Source: Mayamaea pseudoterrestris (lineage: Eukaryota). From it: 64,000 nt of DNA. Both the position numbers and the translations under genes were made by a program. The DNA is taken from contig BROI01000015.1 in the NCBI GenBank assembly GCA_027923505.1, positions 558,001-622,000 of the forward strand, given 5' to 3'. The stretch's first letter is position 1, and every line of letters starts with the position of its first letter. This document shows positions 21,683 through 35,753 of the stretch, piece after piece. The notes beneath the pieces were generated by a model that was not told the DNA's origin, did no database searches, and worked only from the letters and a program-made list of their open reading frames with translations.

Positions 21683-23575
21683 ATGAGGTTTCCCTTCCGC
21701 CTTGCCATTTCTGTTTTGTCATTGGCAACGGTGGCTTCAAGCATAGCCTCCATTGACCAAGATTCAACTCGCATGAGCATCTTCCAGAAAATCAAGGCTG
21801 TCATCGATCCTGCTTTTCTCCGAAGCCGCCGACGACTTGGCCAGGACAATCAAGACAATGAGTCCAATAAGAACAACAACAAAGATGCGGAGGCCAAGCC
21901 TTCCGAAACGTCTGCCAACGCCCGCGATATTTCCATTACCTTCTCCATCTTGGCGGTCCAGTCCAACACAACGACACCGCGGCTGCAGCAAGTCCGACCG
22001 CCAATGGTGGAGTGCGCTGTGACGCGCTTGCTCTGCCAGGAAACAGACTTGAACATTACGGCAACGTCCAACGACCCTTCCTCTACCAGTGCTTGCCGCG
22101 CCATTCGCTCATCGAAGAGTTCGCCGCAGGCCATTTTTGGGCAGCGCACTGAAAACGCCATGTTATCGGCCCAAGCTAATGCTGAGAAGGCCATCATCAT
22201 GCAGCGCCAGCACGGCTTGGCTTACAGCGAATGGACGATCACCTACAAAGCATTCTTTTACAATGTGCAAGACGAAACGGCAACACTTAGTGTTAACAGA
22301 GACGCTGCAGAGCTTCAGGCTCTTGTTCAGTACACGACGGATGCCTACGTTCAAGACGGAACAATGGACAAGCTGTTAAAGTACTGCTACGAGGAAATAC
22401 AAGACAACGACAATGAAGCTCAGAAGAAAATGGAACTTGAGATTTACAGCAGCAGTGTTGGAGATGAGCTAGACACCTTTGCTGCCTTTGCTGCTGAGCC
22501 GACCATCACTGAAGACTCGAAACCTGCCTGGCTAGAGTGGTTCGCCGAGCAAGATCTGGCGCTAGTGATTGGATTGGCGGTTGCGGCTGGAATCTTGTTG
22601 CTGTTAACCTTGTGGCTCACCATCTTTTGCTGCCGTCGACGAAGCGCTTCCCCAACAATGAACAAAAAGAGGTCAAAGAGTGACCTGATTAGACCCCTTC
22701 CGCTGCAAAAGGCAACGACCGTTACAACAGTCAAACAGTCGGACCACAGCAGTTGCGATGACGATGAAGTAATAACCTTTCAAGAGGAAGATATTTTTCA
22801 GTCTCAAGCTGCAGCAAGAGTCCTTGATTTGCTAGAGCATGGATCAGAATCAAGCATGACGGAAGGGAACTTTGATGACGATGCCGTCTTTTCTCTCTGT
22901 GATCATCGTGACTACGGATGTGGCCCTGCACCACCGCCAGTAATGTATGTTCCGACAGGTGGGGCCTTGGCAATGAACAAGCAGGAAGAATTCGTCAGTG
23001 ACGAAGAAGAAGGCGAGTGGTTTGATGGCGACGAAGACAACGACGACGAAATCTCCACACTTTCCGTACCGAACGCGTTAGAGCATGGTCGTGTAAATGC
23101 ACCAGCTCATGTCCAACGCGAACTTCTTATGACGAACGTAACACGCGGGAATAGTGTTGGACTTGCACTGTATTCCACTGACATGAGCCACATGCCGTCC
23201 TCTGACGATGATACAGTCACAGAAGCGTCTCAGGGATACGCTTCTGAAGGAGACGCAGGGCTCACTCTGCTGGCCCACGAGGAGGATGAAAGCAGTGTCG
23301 CGACGTCTCCAATTTTGAGAAGGAGCCAATCGATGGACAGTGAACGGATGCCTGCACATGACAACAAAGTGTCTATGAATCTGCAGGGAGATTCTGATTT
23401 TGCAAGATTAAGACCAATAGATCTGGCAATCTTTCGCGGTGGAGATATTCATGTCAAGGACTTGGATTCAGGGAGAGTCCTGCCGCTGGAATTGGCGGTA
23501 AACTTGAAAGGCATTCACGTTAAGAATCTGGATTCTGGACGAGTTTTGCCGCTCGAGTCGGCAGCGTCATTTTAA
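21683..23575 (+). CDS. Single-pass type I membrane protein with a long acidic cytoplasmic tail
   Basis: Signal peptide, RRRL motif, one TM helix (LALVIGLAVAAGILLLLTLWLTIF) followed by CCRRR; duplicated C-terminal motif. Confidence 0.8.
   Translation: MRFPFRLAISVLSLATVASSIASIDQDSTRMSIFQKIKAVIDPAFLRSRRRLGQDNQDNESNKNNNKDAEAKPSETSANARDISITFSILAVQSNTTTPRLQQVRPPMVECAVTRLLCQETDLNITATSNDPSSTSACRAIRSSKSSPQAIFGQRTENAMLSAQANAEKAIIMQRQHGLAYSEWTITYKAFFYNVQDETATLSVNRDAAELQALVQYTTDAYVQDGTMDKLLKYCYEEIQDNDNEAQKKMELEIYSSSVGDELDTFAAFAAEPTITEDSKPAWLEWFAEQDLALVIGLAVAAGILLLLTLWLTIFCCRRRSASPTMNKKRSKSDLIRPLPLQKATTVTTVKQSDHSSCDDDEVITFQEEDIFQSQAAARVLDLLEHGSESSMTEGNFDDDAVFSLCDHRDYGCGPAPPPVMYVPTGGALAMNKQEEFVSDEEEGEWFDGDEDNDDEISTLSVPNALEHGRVNAPAHVQRELLMTNVTRGNSVGLALYSTDMSHMPSSDDDTVTEASQGYASEGDAGLTLLAHEEDESSVATSPILRRSQSMDSERMPAHDNKVSMNLQGDSDFARLRPIDLAIFRGGDIHVKDLDSGRVLPLELAVNLKGIHVKNLDSGRVLPLESAASF
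23447..23557 (+). repeat. Coding tandem repeat, 2 x IHVK(D/N)LDSGRVLPLE, 66-nt period
   Basis: Copies at 23447-23491 and 23513-23557. Confidence 0.9.
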
Positions 23576-23930
23576 TTCCTGGCAGTATACATCTATAATC
23601 AGTACATTCATTGTAACCAGCTTTTTGTATTCATCTATGTCCACTTTGTTCGGAGACATTATTTCCTGGCACAACCAGGTGTATCATACATGTGAGGCTT
23701 CGTTTGCCAAAGCCAACTTGAGTTAGGCTGGCAATTTAAACGAGAAGGGAAGCTACCTGTACAAGAAGAATTCTTAGTTGCTTGCGAATTCGGTTTGAAA
23801 CTATAGAGCGGAGGGAAGAAAGAGGCCACCAATCTCTCGTCTTTTTGTAAAACCTCACCCGAAGAGGCTCAAGGCATCAATTAAGACTTTTCAACTTGAC
23901 GGTACGAGTAAAGGTAAGTTCCAGCCGAAT

Positions 23931-25055
23931 TTGACATGTGTCACACTATTTGCAACGGACAAATTTGAACCGTTCCGCCCATTGTCGCCGAACGATGCTT
24001 CCCATTTTTCAAACCATGACATTGTAATCTTGGACTGTTTCCGCAACAAGAATTCACTTCTTAGCATTGTCTTCAACATGATTTCTATTGCAAGTGCTTC
24101 GGACGACGATGGGTCTTTTGAACAAACAATGGGCAGGTGGCGGTTCCCCAGTCTCGCAAATGCCTGCACGTCCAACGCTTGTGGAGCTGTGCTTCTAGGA
24201 GACGATGGTGTCTGCATGGTCAACGATGATTACGAACAAGGCAAGAGCGGAGCGTCAGAGCAAAGACGAACGAGAGTGCGTCTGATTACGCGGGCTGCTC
24301 AATCCATCGACTCTGCCGTTGAAACAGTCGTGGATCGATTGCTTCCCGCCAAGAACACTTTATTACAAACCGCAGCAAACCATACGCGTGGCGTACGAGA
24401 AGCAACCGCTTCCGTCACGCGCTCAAGTGTTATTAATGGCGATGCAGAAGACTATAAAGGAAGCATTCATCCCGCATGTGCCGGGTGGACTGGAGTCCTG
24501 GATGACGCGGCGCTCTTGGAGAGCATTGCCGGTAATTTCCAAGAAGTTAGTCGACCGAAGAAAATTAAACCAAGCGGTGGTCAAGTTATAAAAGTAAAAG
24601 ACAAGAAGGAACATCCTTGTTTGATACCGGATGAGGAAAATTGTCTCTCAGTGAAGGACCAGGTGGCATTGGTGACATTTACACCAAGAGTTAAGACACC
24701 ATCGGAAACGTCCTGTTTATCCGATAACACAACATTGGATACTCTTCCTGTTGTAACGAAGAAACGAAACTGGCTCGGTTGGCTTCGTCGCAAAAAGCCT
24801 GTACGAGGTAATAAGCGAGACTCTACAGGCATTAACCTGCGAGCGTTGTCAAAACGAGTCGACGTGGAAAGATTCACTGGCCTGCGAGCATTGTCCACAA
24901 AAGTTGATGTGGAACAGTTCACTGGCAATGCATCGGCTACTGGTACAGCACGTTATATTCACGACGATGAGTGTACGCTGACGAAAGAGTCCGCCTCGAC
25001 TCACACCATCCGAATCCATCGGGTCCCCACTGATCTGTTTATTGCCAATGATTGA
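23931..25055 (+). CDS. Hypothetical protein (start probably MISIASA at 24078)
   Basis: 374-aa ORF with no recognised domain; contains a 15-aa tandem repeat. Confidence 0.6.
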   Translation: MTCVTLFATDKFEPFRPLSPNDASHFSNHDIVILDCFRNKNSLLSIVFNMISIASASDDDGSFEQTMGRWRFPSLANACTSNACGAVLLGDDGVCMVNDDYEQGKSGASEQRRTRVRLITRAAQSIDSAVETVVDRLLPAKNTLLQTAANHTRGVREATASVTRSSVINGDAEDYKGSIHPACAGWTGVLDDAALLESIAGNFQEVSRPKKIKPSGGQVIKVKDKKEHPCLIPDEENCLSVKDQVALVTFTPRVKTPSETSCLSDNTTLDTLPVVTKKRNWLGWLRRKKPVRGNKRDSTGINLRALSKRVDVERFTGLRALSTKVDVEQFTGNASATGTARYIHDDECTLTKESASTHTIRIHRVPTDLFIAND

Positions 25056-25329
25056 ATAACGAATGTGCGTAATGCTGTGTATTAGTCCTTAGGTTTTATG
25101 TTTCTTGAAGTCACAATCTCTATCTTGCTCGGTTTGGAGAAATAAATACAGGTACTGGAGTAGGAGATAATATTTCCGGCATAGTCATAGCTAGCGTACC
25201 TTTGAAAACGTCATGGCATCGTATCGGCAATGGATTTGAACCATCAAAGTAACCAAACCCGCGCGGACGATCTTTCTTGCTTTGATCTGTCATCATCAGC
25301 TCAACGTTGCCTTACCTTTTCCTTACACC

Positions 25330-26652
25330 ATGAAGTTTGGTATCGGTGCCTTGGCTGTGTCTTTAATTGCTACCAGCAACCTCGAAACATCGTGCGCCTT
25401 TCAGCCGCATAGCGTTGCCTTTACGTCGTCGGCACGAACCGTTAATCATCGCCTCTCCACGAAACATTCAGCAAGCTTACTGTCATTGTCGCGTCAATCT
25501 AATACTTCACGCACCGGCCTTTCCATGAGCGGCTACTCGGTCGGAATCGTTGGTGCCACTGGTGCGGTGGGCAAGGAGATTCGTTCCTGTCTTGAAACAC
25601 GCAAGTTTCCGGTGGAACGACTGCGCATCTTTGGAAGTGAACGATCGGCTGGAAGCAAAGTGGAAACTGAATCTTATGGAAGTATTACTGTCGAGCTCTT
25701 TTCACAGGAAGCCGCTAGAGAATGTGATGTTTGCTTCCTGGCTGTCAATGGTGACTTTAGCTTGGAACATGCCGAGGCATTGACAAAGGGCGATGGATGT
25801 GTCGTTATTGACAATTCGGTTAGTAGCTACTCTAGCTGATTTGAACATTGCCTGTCCGAGTCAAAACCAGTCGATATACTCATACGTTCTTTCGTCCAGT
25901 CCGCCTTTCGCAGAGAACCCAATGTCCCTCTAGTAGTTCCAGAGATCAATGGCGAGGAAACGAAAAAGTCCAAGCTAATTGCCAATCCAAACTGCACGAC
26001 AGCCATTGGCCTCATGGCGCTCTGGCCTCTTCACAAGCTTTTTGGACTCAAAAAAATTATCATGTCCACCTATCAGGCAGCTAGTGGAGCAGGACAGCCG
26101 GGCATGGATGAGTTGCTGGATGGAACTAGGACGGTCCTTGCGGAGGAAGGAGCAACTGCCAAGAACAGCATTTTCGCACACCCTCTACCATTCAATGTCA
26201 TTCCTCATATCGACAAGTTTCAAGACAACGGATATACGAAGGAGGAAATGAAGGTTGTTTGGGAAAGCCGCAAGATTTGCGGACTCGACGAAGAGTTTCC
26301 CATTAGTTGCACGGCCGTTCGCATTCCGACTCTGCGGGCTCACTCGGAATCCATTATTGTCGAAACGGAGCGACCAGTCGACTTGGAAGCCGCGCGCAAG
26401 GCTTTGGCGGATGCTCCTGGTGTCAAATTAGTTGATGATACTGCAAACAACCAATACCCAATGCCGCTCACGGCGACGGGTCAATACGACATTGAGGTAG
26501 GACGGTTGCGTAAAAGCTTGATTTTTGGTGATCATGGTTTGGAGTTCTTTGTTTGTGGAGATCAACTGCTGCGAGGAGCTGCACTTAATGCCGTCTTGGT
26601 GGCGGAAGAAATGGCGAACAATGGTTCTTTACAAGCCAAGGCTTTGGCTTAA
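25330..26652 (+). CDS. asd: Aspartate-semialdehyde dehydrogenase, plastid-targeted; intron 25819-25899
   Basis: [38 protein letters not shown] and [12 protein letters not shown]; presequence ...TSCA-FQP. Confidence 0.95.
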
Positions 26653-26717
26653 AGCTACCTAATATAAAACTTTCACGTAGTGCTATCAGATGCAGTACAC
26701 AGTTATTTAGCGTTCCT

Positions 26718-28492
<1,775 letters not shown>

Positions 28493-28530
28493 CTAGTAGC
28501 TTCAATCGCAAGCATTATATTACTTCTAGT

Positions 28531-31500
28531 CTACCGTAAATACAGCTGAGGTTTTCCTGGGGTTGTGTTTTCGATCTTGCCCTCTGGCAAGCCAGCGGCC
28601 GCTTCAGTGTCCACATCCAAGTTGATGAGGTCAACCTCCGTCAAATCTAGCTGTACCTGCACATACTTTAAGCATTCCGAAAAGACTGATTTTTGGTCAA
28701 ACGGTAACTGAACGTCCATGGCAGCAGTTCCTACCTCCTCGACTTCCTTCTTCGTAAACGATGCAAGCTGCATGCAAAGCTTGATCATTTTCTTGTCATC
28801 AATGTTCTCGCTCGCCCAAGTCTTCATGTCGTTCATAAGGGAAGCCGGAAAACCAATCTCGGCGCTATATTGCTGCGCCATCCACTCGAGCAACTTGACC
28901 TTCCAAGCCGGATAACTGTCCGTGACCAAAATTGATGCCTTACTCCATCCCTTCTTGGCCTTTCCTGCTTGACTGCGGAACGACTTGATCGAGTCACGAA
29001 GGAACTTGGCTTGGCGCGACAAGATAGGATCTTCCTTTTCGTCGACGGGCCAAGGGGCTTGCACAGCAAAACCTTCCTTCCCTAGAATCTTCCATAGCAT
29101 CTCCGACCTGTAGAAAGAGCATATGTGTGATGAGGCCGATCAAGTTCCAAACTCTAGCAAAAGTCCCCAATAAAGTGATATAATCGTACCAATGAGGGCA
29201 AATGGGGCAAATCAGAATCACCAACGTTTCGGCCCAGCGCCGAATCACATCTTTATGCATGGGAATGTCGCTGTCCTTACTCCATGCCCTGTAATCATTA
29301 CGAGCGTTCAGGAGCTCGTACCAACAGGCTTTCAGGCCATCCTTAAAGTGCATGTTAGCAAAGCACTCGCTAGTTATTGCGATTGCTCGATTGATTTCAT
29401 TGAGCAAAATCTTGTCCATCAGTTTTAGCTCGCCGTTTGTTCGCAAACTGGCTGAGTTAATCGTCTCCGAAATCCAGGTCTCTTCCGTCACTAGCGACAG
29501 CACGGTAACGTCCGCAATATCTCGCGAAAAGTTGGCATCATCCATGTTGTCTCCTGCGTCGGCGCAAGCAAGACGAGTAGCATCGGCAGTGTACTTTTCA
29601 ACCGTCTCGTCCAGCATCAAAAAGTTGCCCTTCGACTTGCTCATCTTTTCAGCGTCAACGAGCACATGACCGTTGCAATAGTAGCCTTTCGGCCAAAGCT
29701 CCGGTTCATTATCCCAGACTGCAGCATGGTTATACAACGCCATGGTCAAATGGTTCCCAATAAGATCCTTCGCAGACACGCGCAAGTTCATGGGATACCA
29801 ATAGCGGAACTCATCTCGCATCTTGTCCAGCGTTTCTTGTGCAATTCTAGTTTCGGGAAGGGGCCCCTTGCGATAAATATAATCAAACACTTCTTTTGTC
29901 AAGTCTTCTGGTTGCACCTTGCCAGGCGATTTGGTACTGTCGCCGACAAGGTTGTCAATTCCCTGCAAAGTATTCGCGATCAGATAGAAAGACATGTAAA
30001 TTGTCGAATCGGACAGACTTTCGATTACCCATTGCTTGTCCCAAGGCAAAAAGGTACCGAGTCCAAATTGACGAGTGCATGCCCACTCTTTTAACCATCC
30101 AACGACATACTCGTAACGATCCCTCGCACCATACGCGTTAAATTCCTCGCCATTCAGCACATGCGCCCTGACAGCATCCGTCCATGACTCTTCGCCATAC
30201 GCCAAGTACCATTGATCTGTCGCTGCCACAACGCACTCATCGTTCGTGCGCGAAACAACAATTGACTCGGGTTCGAAATAGAGGCAGGCATCTCCAGCGT
30301 CGATCATTTCTTGACGAATGATCGGTTTCGCCTCTGACACCTTCTTGCCACTGTGTGGACCGACGGTCATGACGCCAATTGTGAAACCTTTCAAGTAAGT
30401 TTCGTCTTTTGCTTGAGTCAACTTGGCCTTGTCATTAAACGACTGGATCTTAAGTTTTTCACACATGAACACGGCACTCGCCTCGCCATAGCCTTCAATC
30501 GAAATGATAGGAACGACTTCATAAGGCAAAACCATGTCATCCGTAATGTCATACTTGGCCCGGAAATCGACCTTGTCCTGCAACGCTTTTAACGAAACGT
30601 AGTCGTCTGGAGCGTCGCTGGGCACTGAAGTTACGACTCCCGTACCCTTGCCCATGCTGATGGTGAGCAGTGGAAGCGTATATACCTTTTCATACTTGGC
30701 TAGCGGTGCTTTGAGCGGAAGTCCCAACAGCTCGTGGCCGGTGAACGATTCGAGACAGTCGATTTTGCCAAACTCCTTGGTGTAATGAACATTGTCCTTC
30801 CAAACTTGACAGGATATGCCGCGGGCTGCGCGATGGGACATGATGAAAATTTCGTTCGTCGAGTCGATTCGAAAAGCACCGTATTCTCCCTCGGGCAAGA
30901 CAAAACAGTTGGTTTGTCCGTACATGGTTTCCGGTCTCAAGGTAGCTGGTACCAAGTAGACTGGCAAGTCTGGATATTTGCTTAGCAATGCCGCCATTTT
31001 CTCGTGACGAGCTTGACCGTGATCCGGCTGCAAAACGCGCAGCTTGATTAAAACATACTCCTGCGGGCCAACTCCTTCTCCAACACTTCGATCATGATCA
31101 GCGCAGACTTGCTGATCCACCAATGAGTATACATTGTTGCGCTTGCCAAACATGATTTTGTTCTTTTCGCGCAGGACTTGAAACTGCCATTGGATAAAAG
31201 CGTCGTAGTAGGGATTGACAAAGGTTGTAATAAAGGAACGTCTCCAGTCGACACCAGCGCCAAATTTCTTCAAATGCTCCACTCCAATCGGTGGAAAGTA
31301 GTGCAACCAATGAATCGCGTCGGTAAAGAGAGGAATCTCGTCAAGTGGCACCATTTTCGCAAGAATGTTCCACTGACGAACAATGCCCGTCCCAGTCTTT
31401 TGCACAAGCTTCGTCTTGTTACCCTTGCTCTTGTCCTTGGTTGAAGCAGAGACAACTGCCGCCTGAGCAATCTCTTCCTCCATTTGCGCGCGAACAGAGT

Positions 31501-31921
31501 CATCTTCCTCGGGAAAGCGCGGCGGGCATCCATACAGTTCAATCTCCGTCTTGAGCTTGTTGGCCGCCGCTTGAATCGGCATGCCCGTACAGTGAAAGGC
31601 AAAGGGAAACAGCACATTCTTGCCTTGGTGACGCTCAAATTGTGCCCGAAACATGGCCTTGGTCAAACTAAAGCCATGGCCAATGTGCAAATGGCCGTTC
31701 GAGTACGGATAAGGAAAGGTGACCATAAAGGACTCGCGCGATGGATCAGGATCGGCTTCAAAAACCTTGGCGTCCTCCCAAAGCTTTTGGACTTTAATTT
31801 CGTTCGCGCGAAGAGCGTCTCGCTTGGCTGTTCCTCGTTTGACTTGCTGCTGTTCTTGTTCGACTTTCAACGATGCCATTTCCGTGGTAGGAAGATCAGA
31901 CGTGGTGGCTGATGTCGACAT
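28531..31921 (-). CDS. LARS1: Cytosolic leucyl-tRNA synthetase; intron 29189-29108
   Basis: [43 protein letters not shown] and KMSKS; the splice joins PHW to SEMLW. Confidence 0.96.
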
Positions 31922-32224
31922 TTGCTCCTTGCTTCGTTTCTAATCAAACTGCTCTTCTTGAAGAACCTGCTCTTCGACTTAGTATGTTTTGAATTCACTT
32001 CGAAGGTCTCGTCAAAGTGTAAGCTTGGTAAAGAGATGGAGCTTTCTTTATCGACGACCGAATGAGCTGCGTTTGTCATCGCGACGTTGAGGAAGAAACG
32101 TCTTGCGGTTATGAGCCAATTCATGTCATGGGATACAAAGTCACAGTAGCTAATTTCATTGTGGCAGGATGCAGTTAAAGTCAACTACCAACATTACAAT
32201 AAAAGGTTATACTATCGGCAGCGG

Positions 32225-32400
32225 TTGTCGTTCAAAAGAACGCAAAAAGGCCGTTCACGAACATTCGTACTGCACCCATGGCGTCAAAACCATCATCCTC
32301 CAATTCCAGCAGCACTTGTCGTTCAGAAGAACGCAAAAAGGCCGTTCACTAACGTTCGTACTGCACCCATGGCGTCAAACCCATCATCCTCCTCCAATTC
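32225..32400 (-). repeat. Tandem duplication of the last ~25 codons plus stop of the ankyrin gene (91-nt period)
   Basis: Copies at 32225-32306 and 32316-32400, with a few substitutions and one 3-nt indel. Confidence 0.9.
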
Positions 32401-33833
32401 ATCCGCCGCGTTCTCCATGGGAGCACCAGATAGTCCCTCGGGCTTAGGAACAGCGTTTGACTCGTCATCCGCATCCTTGGCATCGCCTGCGCAGGTCGAG
32501 TTTCGAGCTTTCTTGCCAGCAGCAGGAATTACTACGTCCAGCTCATCATAATCATCTTCACTGGCAGTTCTATCGTTGGACAGGTCAAGTGCTTGTTGCT
32601 CGCTGGATGTAGCGGAAGCTACTGGAGGAGGCAAGGCCGCGGCGCTGCCGCTCGGACGGGGTCGGTTGCGAAATGCCTCCTCTGCATAATTCAAGTAATC
32701 AAGCAGCTGAAACTTGGGTTTTTTCAACTTTGATGCAAGAGACAAAGCGGTGTCGCCCTGATTGGTCTTGGCAACGATAGCGTCTGGATACAGATCCAGA
32801 ATCATCTCCATGGTCTTGAGAGTGCACTTGTCGTTAGCGGCACCAACATGCGCTGGTAAATATCCCTTGGCGTTTTTGATGAGGCAGGCCGCTCCATTGT
32901 CCAAGCCCGCCACGAACGCAATCAAGTGTCGTTTTTGCGTCCGCGAACTCAACATGTTATGGAGGAGGGTGTCACCATCCTCGTCTTGTTTGGTAGGATT
33001 GCTGTGGGCTTGTACAAAGGCCTGTTGTTCAAAGAGCATGGGGTGAGAGGTGAGATTGCGAAAGACGAGTTGCCCTCCAATGCAGCCAACATACTTTCGC
33101 AAGCTCCAATCTCTTTTCAGGTGGCCACGAACTTTCCAACAAAGCGGTACTTAAAGCAAGCGTTTCTAATGGAATTTGCTTGGCGCCATCCGCAACGCTG
33201 GCAGCGCGTTTATTGACTTGCAAAACTTCTTTCATGAAGTGAATCCGAGCGTCCAAGTTGTACAGGTTGCCATTAGACATTGCTTGATGCAAGACAGTAT
33301 TATGCTTGCTTTTGGTCGAAATCTTTACAATGGCAAGGCAAGGGTTGTCCTTGATGCGTTCAAGAGCGCTTTGCCACTCTCCGCGATTTAAGTCGTCGAG
33401 CAAAGCCTTGATTTCGACCATGGTCGGTTCATGTCCTCCGCGGATTGCGTCCGTCTAATAATTTTTAAAAAGCAGGAAGTGATATGAGTCAGATATGCCA
33501 TTATTTCAAACTTGTTCCGCTATTCGTAAAGGCAATCAAGGCGGCGCAACAGTAGTCGAAAGACATGCAGCGTCGAAGGTGAACAGCGTACCGCACGCTA
33601 CAAATTCGGCGTACGATTGCCGAGCAGTTTGAAAGAAGCACTCGACGAAAAACTCGACCGGAACTCGATCAGATTAATGTTTACATTACATTCGCAGATC
33701 AAGGAGTCGGTACGGTGACGCCGGTGACGGGGAAACGAATAAACGAGCAAATGCAGCGGCGCATCAGCTGCAGCAGGCCATCCTCATTACGGCGCCGCAT
33801 TTATCCATCACTTACCGCAGTTACGTCGGCCAT
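32323..33833 (-). CDS. Ankyrin-repeat protein; exons 33833-33816, 33454 to about 33095, about 33022 to 32323
   Basis: NTVLHQAM, GDTLLH, GYLPAHVG and GDTALSLA. An 18-nt first exon (MADVTA|gtaagt) is in frame with exon 2; a second GT..AG intron links the two track ORFs. Confidence 0.75.
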
Positions 33834-34317
33834 TATGATTAATAGGGAAAGAAGGGAAAGTACTGTATTATATCGCGCCTTGTTGCTGCTGCTGATGGCA
33901 GCAACAATAATAATAATGCGACTGTTGTTGCTGCTCATTCCTTTTTTGCGATGCACTACCGGTACGACATGCAACGAGCGACCAGGGTCAGACTCGAAGT
34001 GGAAGATACAAAACATATACGTAGCTTTGGTACGCAAAACGTGTTCTGTGTGTCAAGAGGTTGTCATTGCTTCGTAGTCAGACCAATTTAAACCGGTACT
34101 CCTCGTGTCGCACCACTTTACCGTTTATCATGGCAATCGAGTCTTCTATTACAACAACATTTGGCATTCTTTATCATTTATTTACGGTATACAGGTGTAT
34201 CTGTCCTTCTTTAGCGATGTACTGATATTATACTGTACTATAGTTGGTCTACATATCATCGCCTTGGTCTTGAACGAACATGTACACTTGCTCGACGCAA
34301 ACGACCTCATACGCATC

Positions 34318-35429
34318 CTATTCCGACGCCTTTTGCAACGACACTTGCGCTCCCTTCAGCCCCGCTTCCTCCACCGAAACACTTCCATCAGCCAATGGCT
34401 TGGGAGGAAAGCCAGCGACCAGCCGAAAGCGGCCGGATACTTCGTTGTTTGAACCGCCCGCTGCATGAACAATTCGCGCAGCCAATTCACTCACGCTGGC
34501 ATTCAACGCTGTGCGAACAACCAGTCGCTGACCGTTCAGCAAACGCACCTGAATCTGCGTTCCTGGTAGACTCTCGTTGACTGCCGCTGGAGCAGGCGCA
34601 GTAGCCAGTTCGTCCGCGTCAAAAACATTGGAGCCACCAGCACCACTACTCGAGGCGCTCGTTCCAAGCGACGCACCCTGTCCCATAAATGATTTAAACG
34701 ACTCCTTGTAGTCTTCCTTGCGCTTGTCAATGAGTCCAATGACAACATCTCCCTCCACGGCGAGTTCGCGGGGCGTTTGGCCCGACGCAAGGCTCCGCAA
34801 AAAATTGGCATTAGCAGGGTCGTCCAATCGGCGGTAGGGGCCGTCGTCAACCACGAATCCGTCGCGGTACTATATAAATAAACGAGTAAAAGTGGTAAGG
34901 ACATGAATTAGTACTTCATAGGAGACGCGAGATAAATGGCACGCAAGATTGACATCGCCACCCCATATTTCATTACTACTTACCATGGTGATTGAGGTCC
35001 GACGAGCTTCGCCCGAGTCTTCGGCAGACACACCTTCTGCCTGCTGGAAAATGTCGTCTGGATTGGGACGGACGGCGAGGCCACTGTAAACAGAAAGAGA
35101 ATGAAATGTAGTTAAGTTTTTGAGTTTCGTGTTAGCTGATTCGCCATCAAGTCGACAGAAATGCAGCAGGAGCACAAGTTCACTCGTGAATAATTCACCA
35201 AATCACATGACCATATCTGAGTCTGTAATTGACCTCCTGTTTTCATTCATCATGAACGATCGTGTTGCTTCGTTCGCATGATCTCGCATGGATGGATGGC
35301 GCCGCTTATTATTGTTACGTACCTGCCACCCCCACGGTCTCCAATCCCTCCTACAAAGCGGTTATTTTCGTCATCTTCACTGTCACTATCATCCTGACGA
35401 TTACTATGGAGGCCGTGAATGTTGCTCAT
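34318..35429 (-). CDS. SEP + UBX domain p97/Cdc48 cofactor (p47/Shp1-like), 3 exons
   Basis: MSNIHGL...NRFVGGIGDRGGGS|GLAV...ITM|YRDGFVVDDGPYR (SEP); SHP-like FMGQGASLG; UBX TQIQVRL...AGFPPKPL. Confidence 0.88.
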
Positions 35430-35753
35430 GGCTGTTTGTTTCGTTCAACGAGAGTTCTGCCTGTCGTTTGCGTTCAATCCTCCATCCACGCGGATCTTTC
35501 CTCGTCCATCGAAATGTCGCAGTGAGTGCTGGTACGACTCAGAAGTTGAAGTGGACGCAAGATCCAATCAACCGCGCCGCCGATGATGAGCGCGTGATGA
35601 TGGATGGACAATGAGAAAACAGGCCGTTCCATACGATCAAGTCGCTCGTTTTTCCAATTAATTGCAGATCCTGATCATATATACAGGACTGATCTCTTTG
35701 AATCGCATTGGATCGCAAGCACTTTACAATTAACTTTTAATTCTTTCGCGAAC

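Noticed and set aside
28994..29189. Overlapping LeuRS ORFs suggesting a split gene
   Set aside because: An ordinary 82-nt intron.
33029..33102. Apparent frameshift between the two ankyrin ORFs
   Set aside because: Explained by a GT..AG intron (ELAK|AFVQ).
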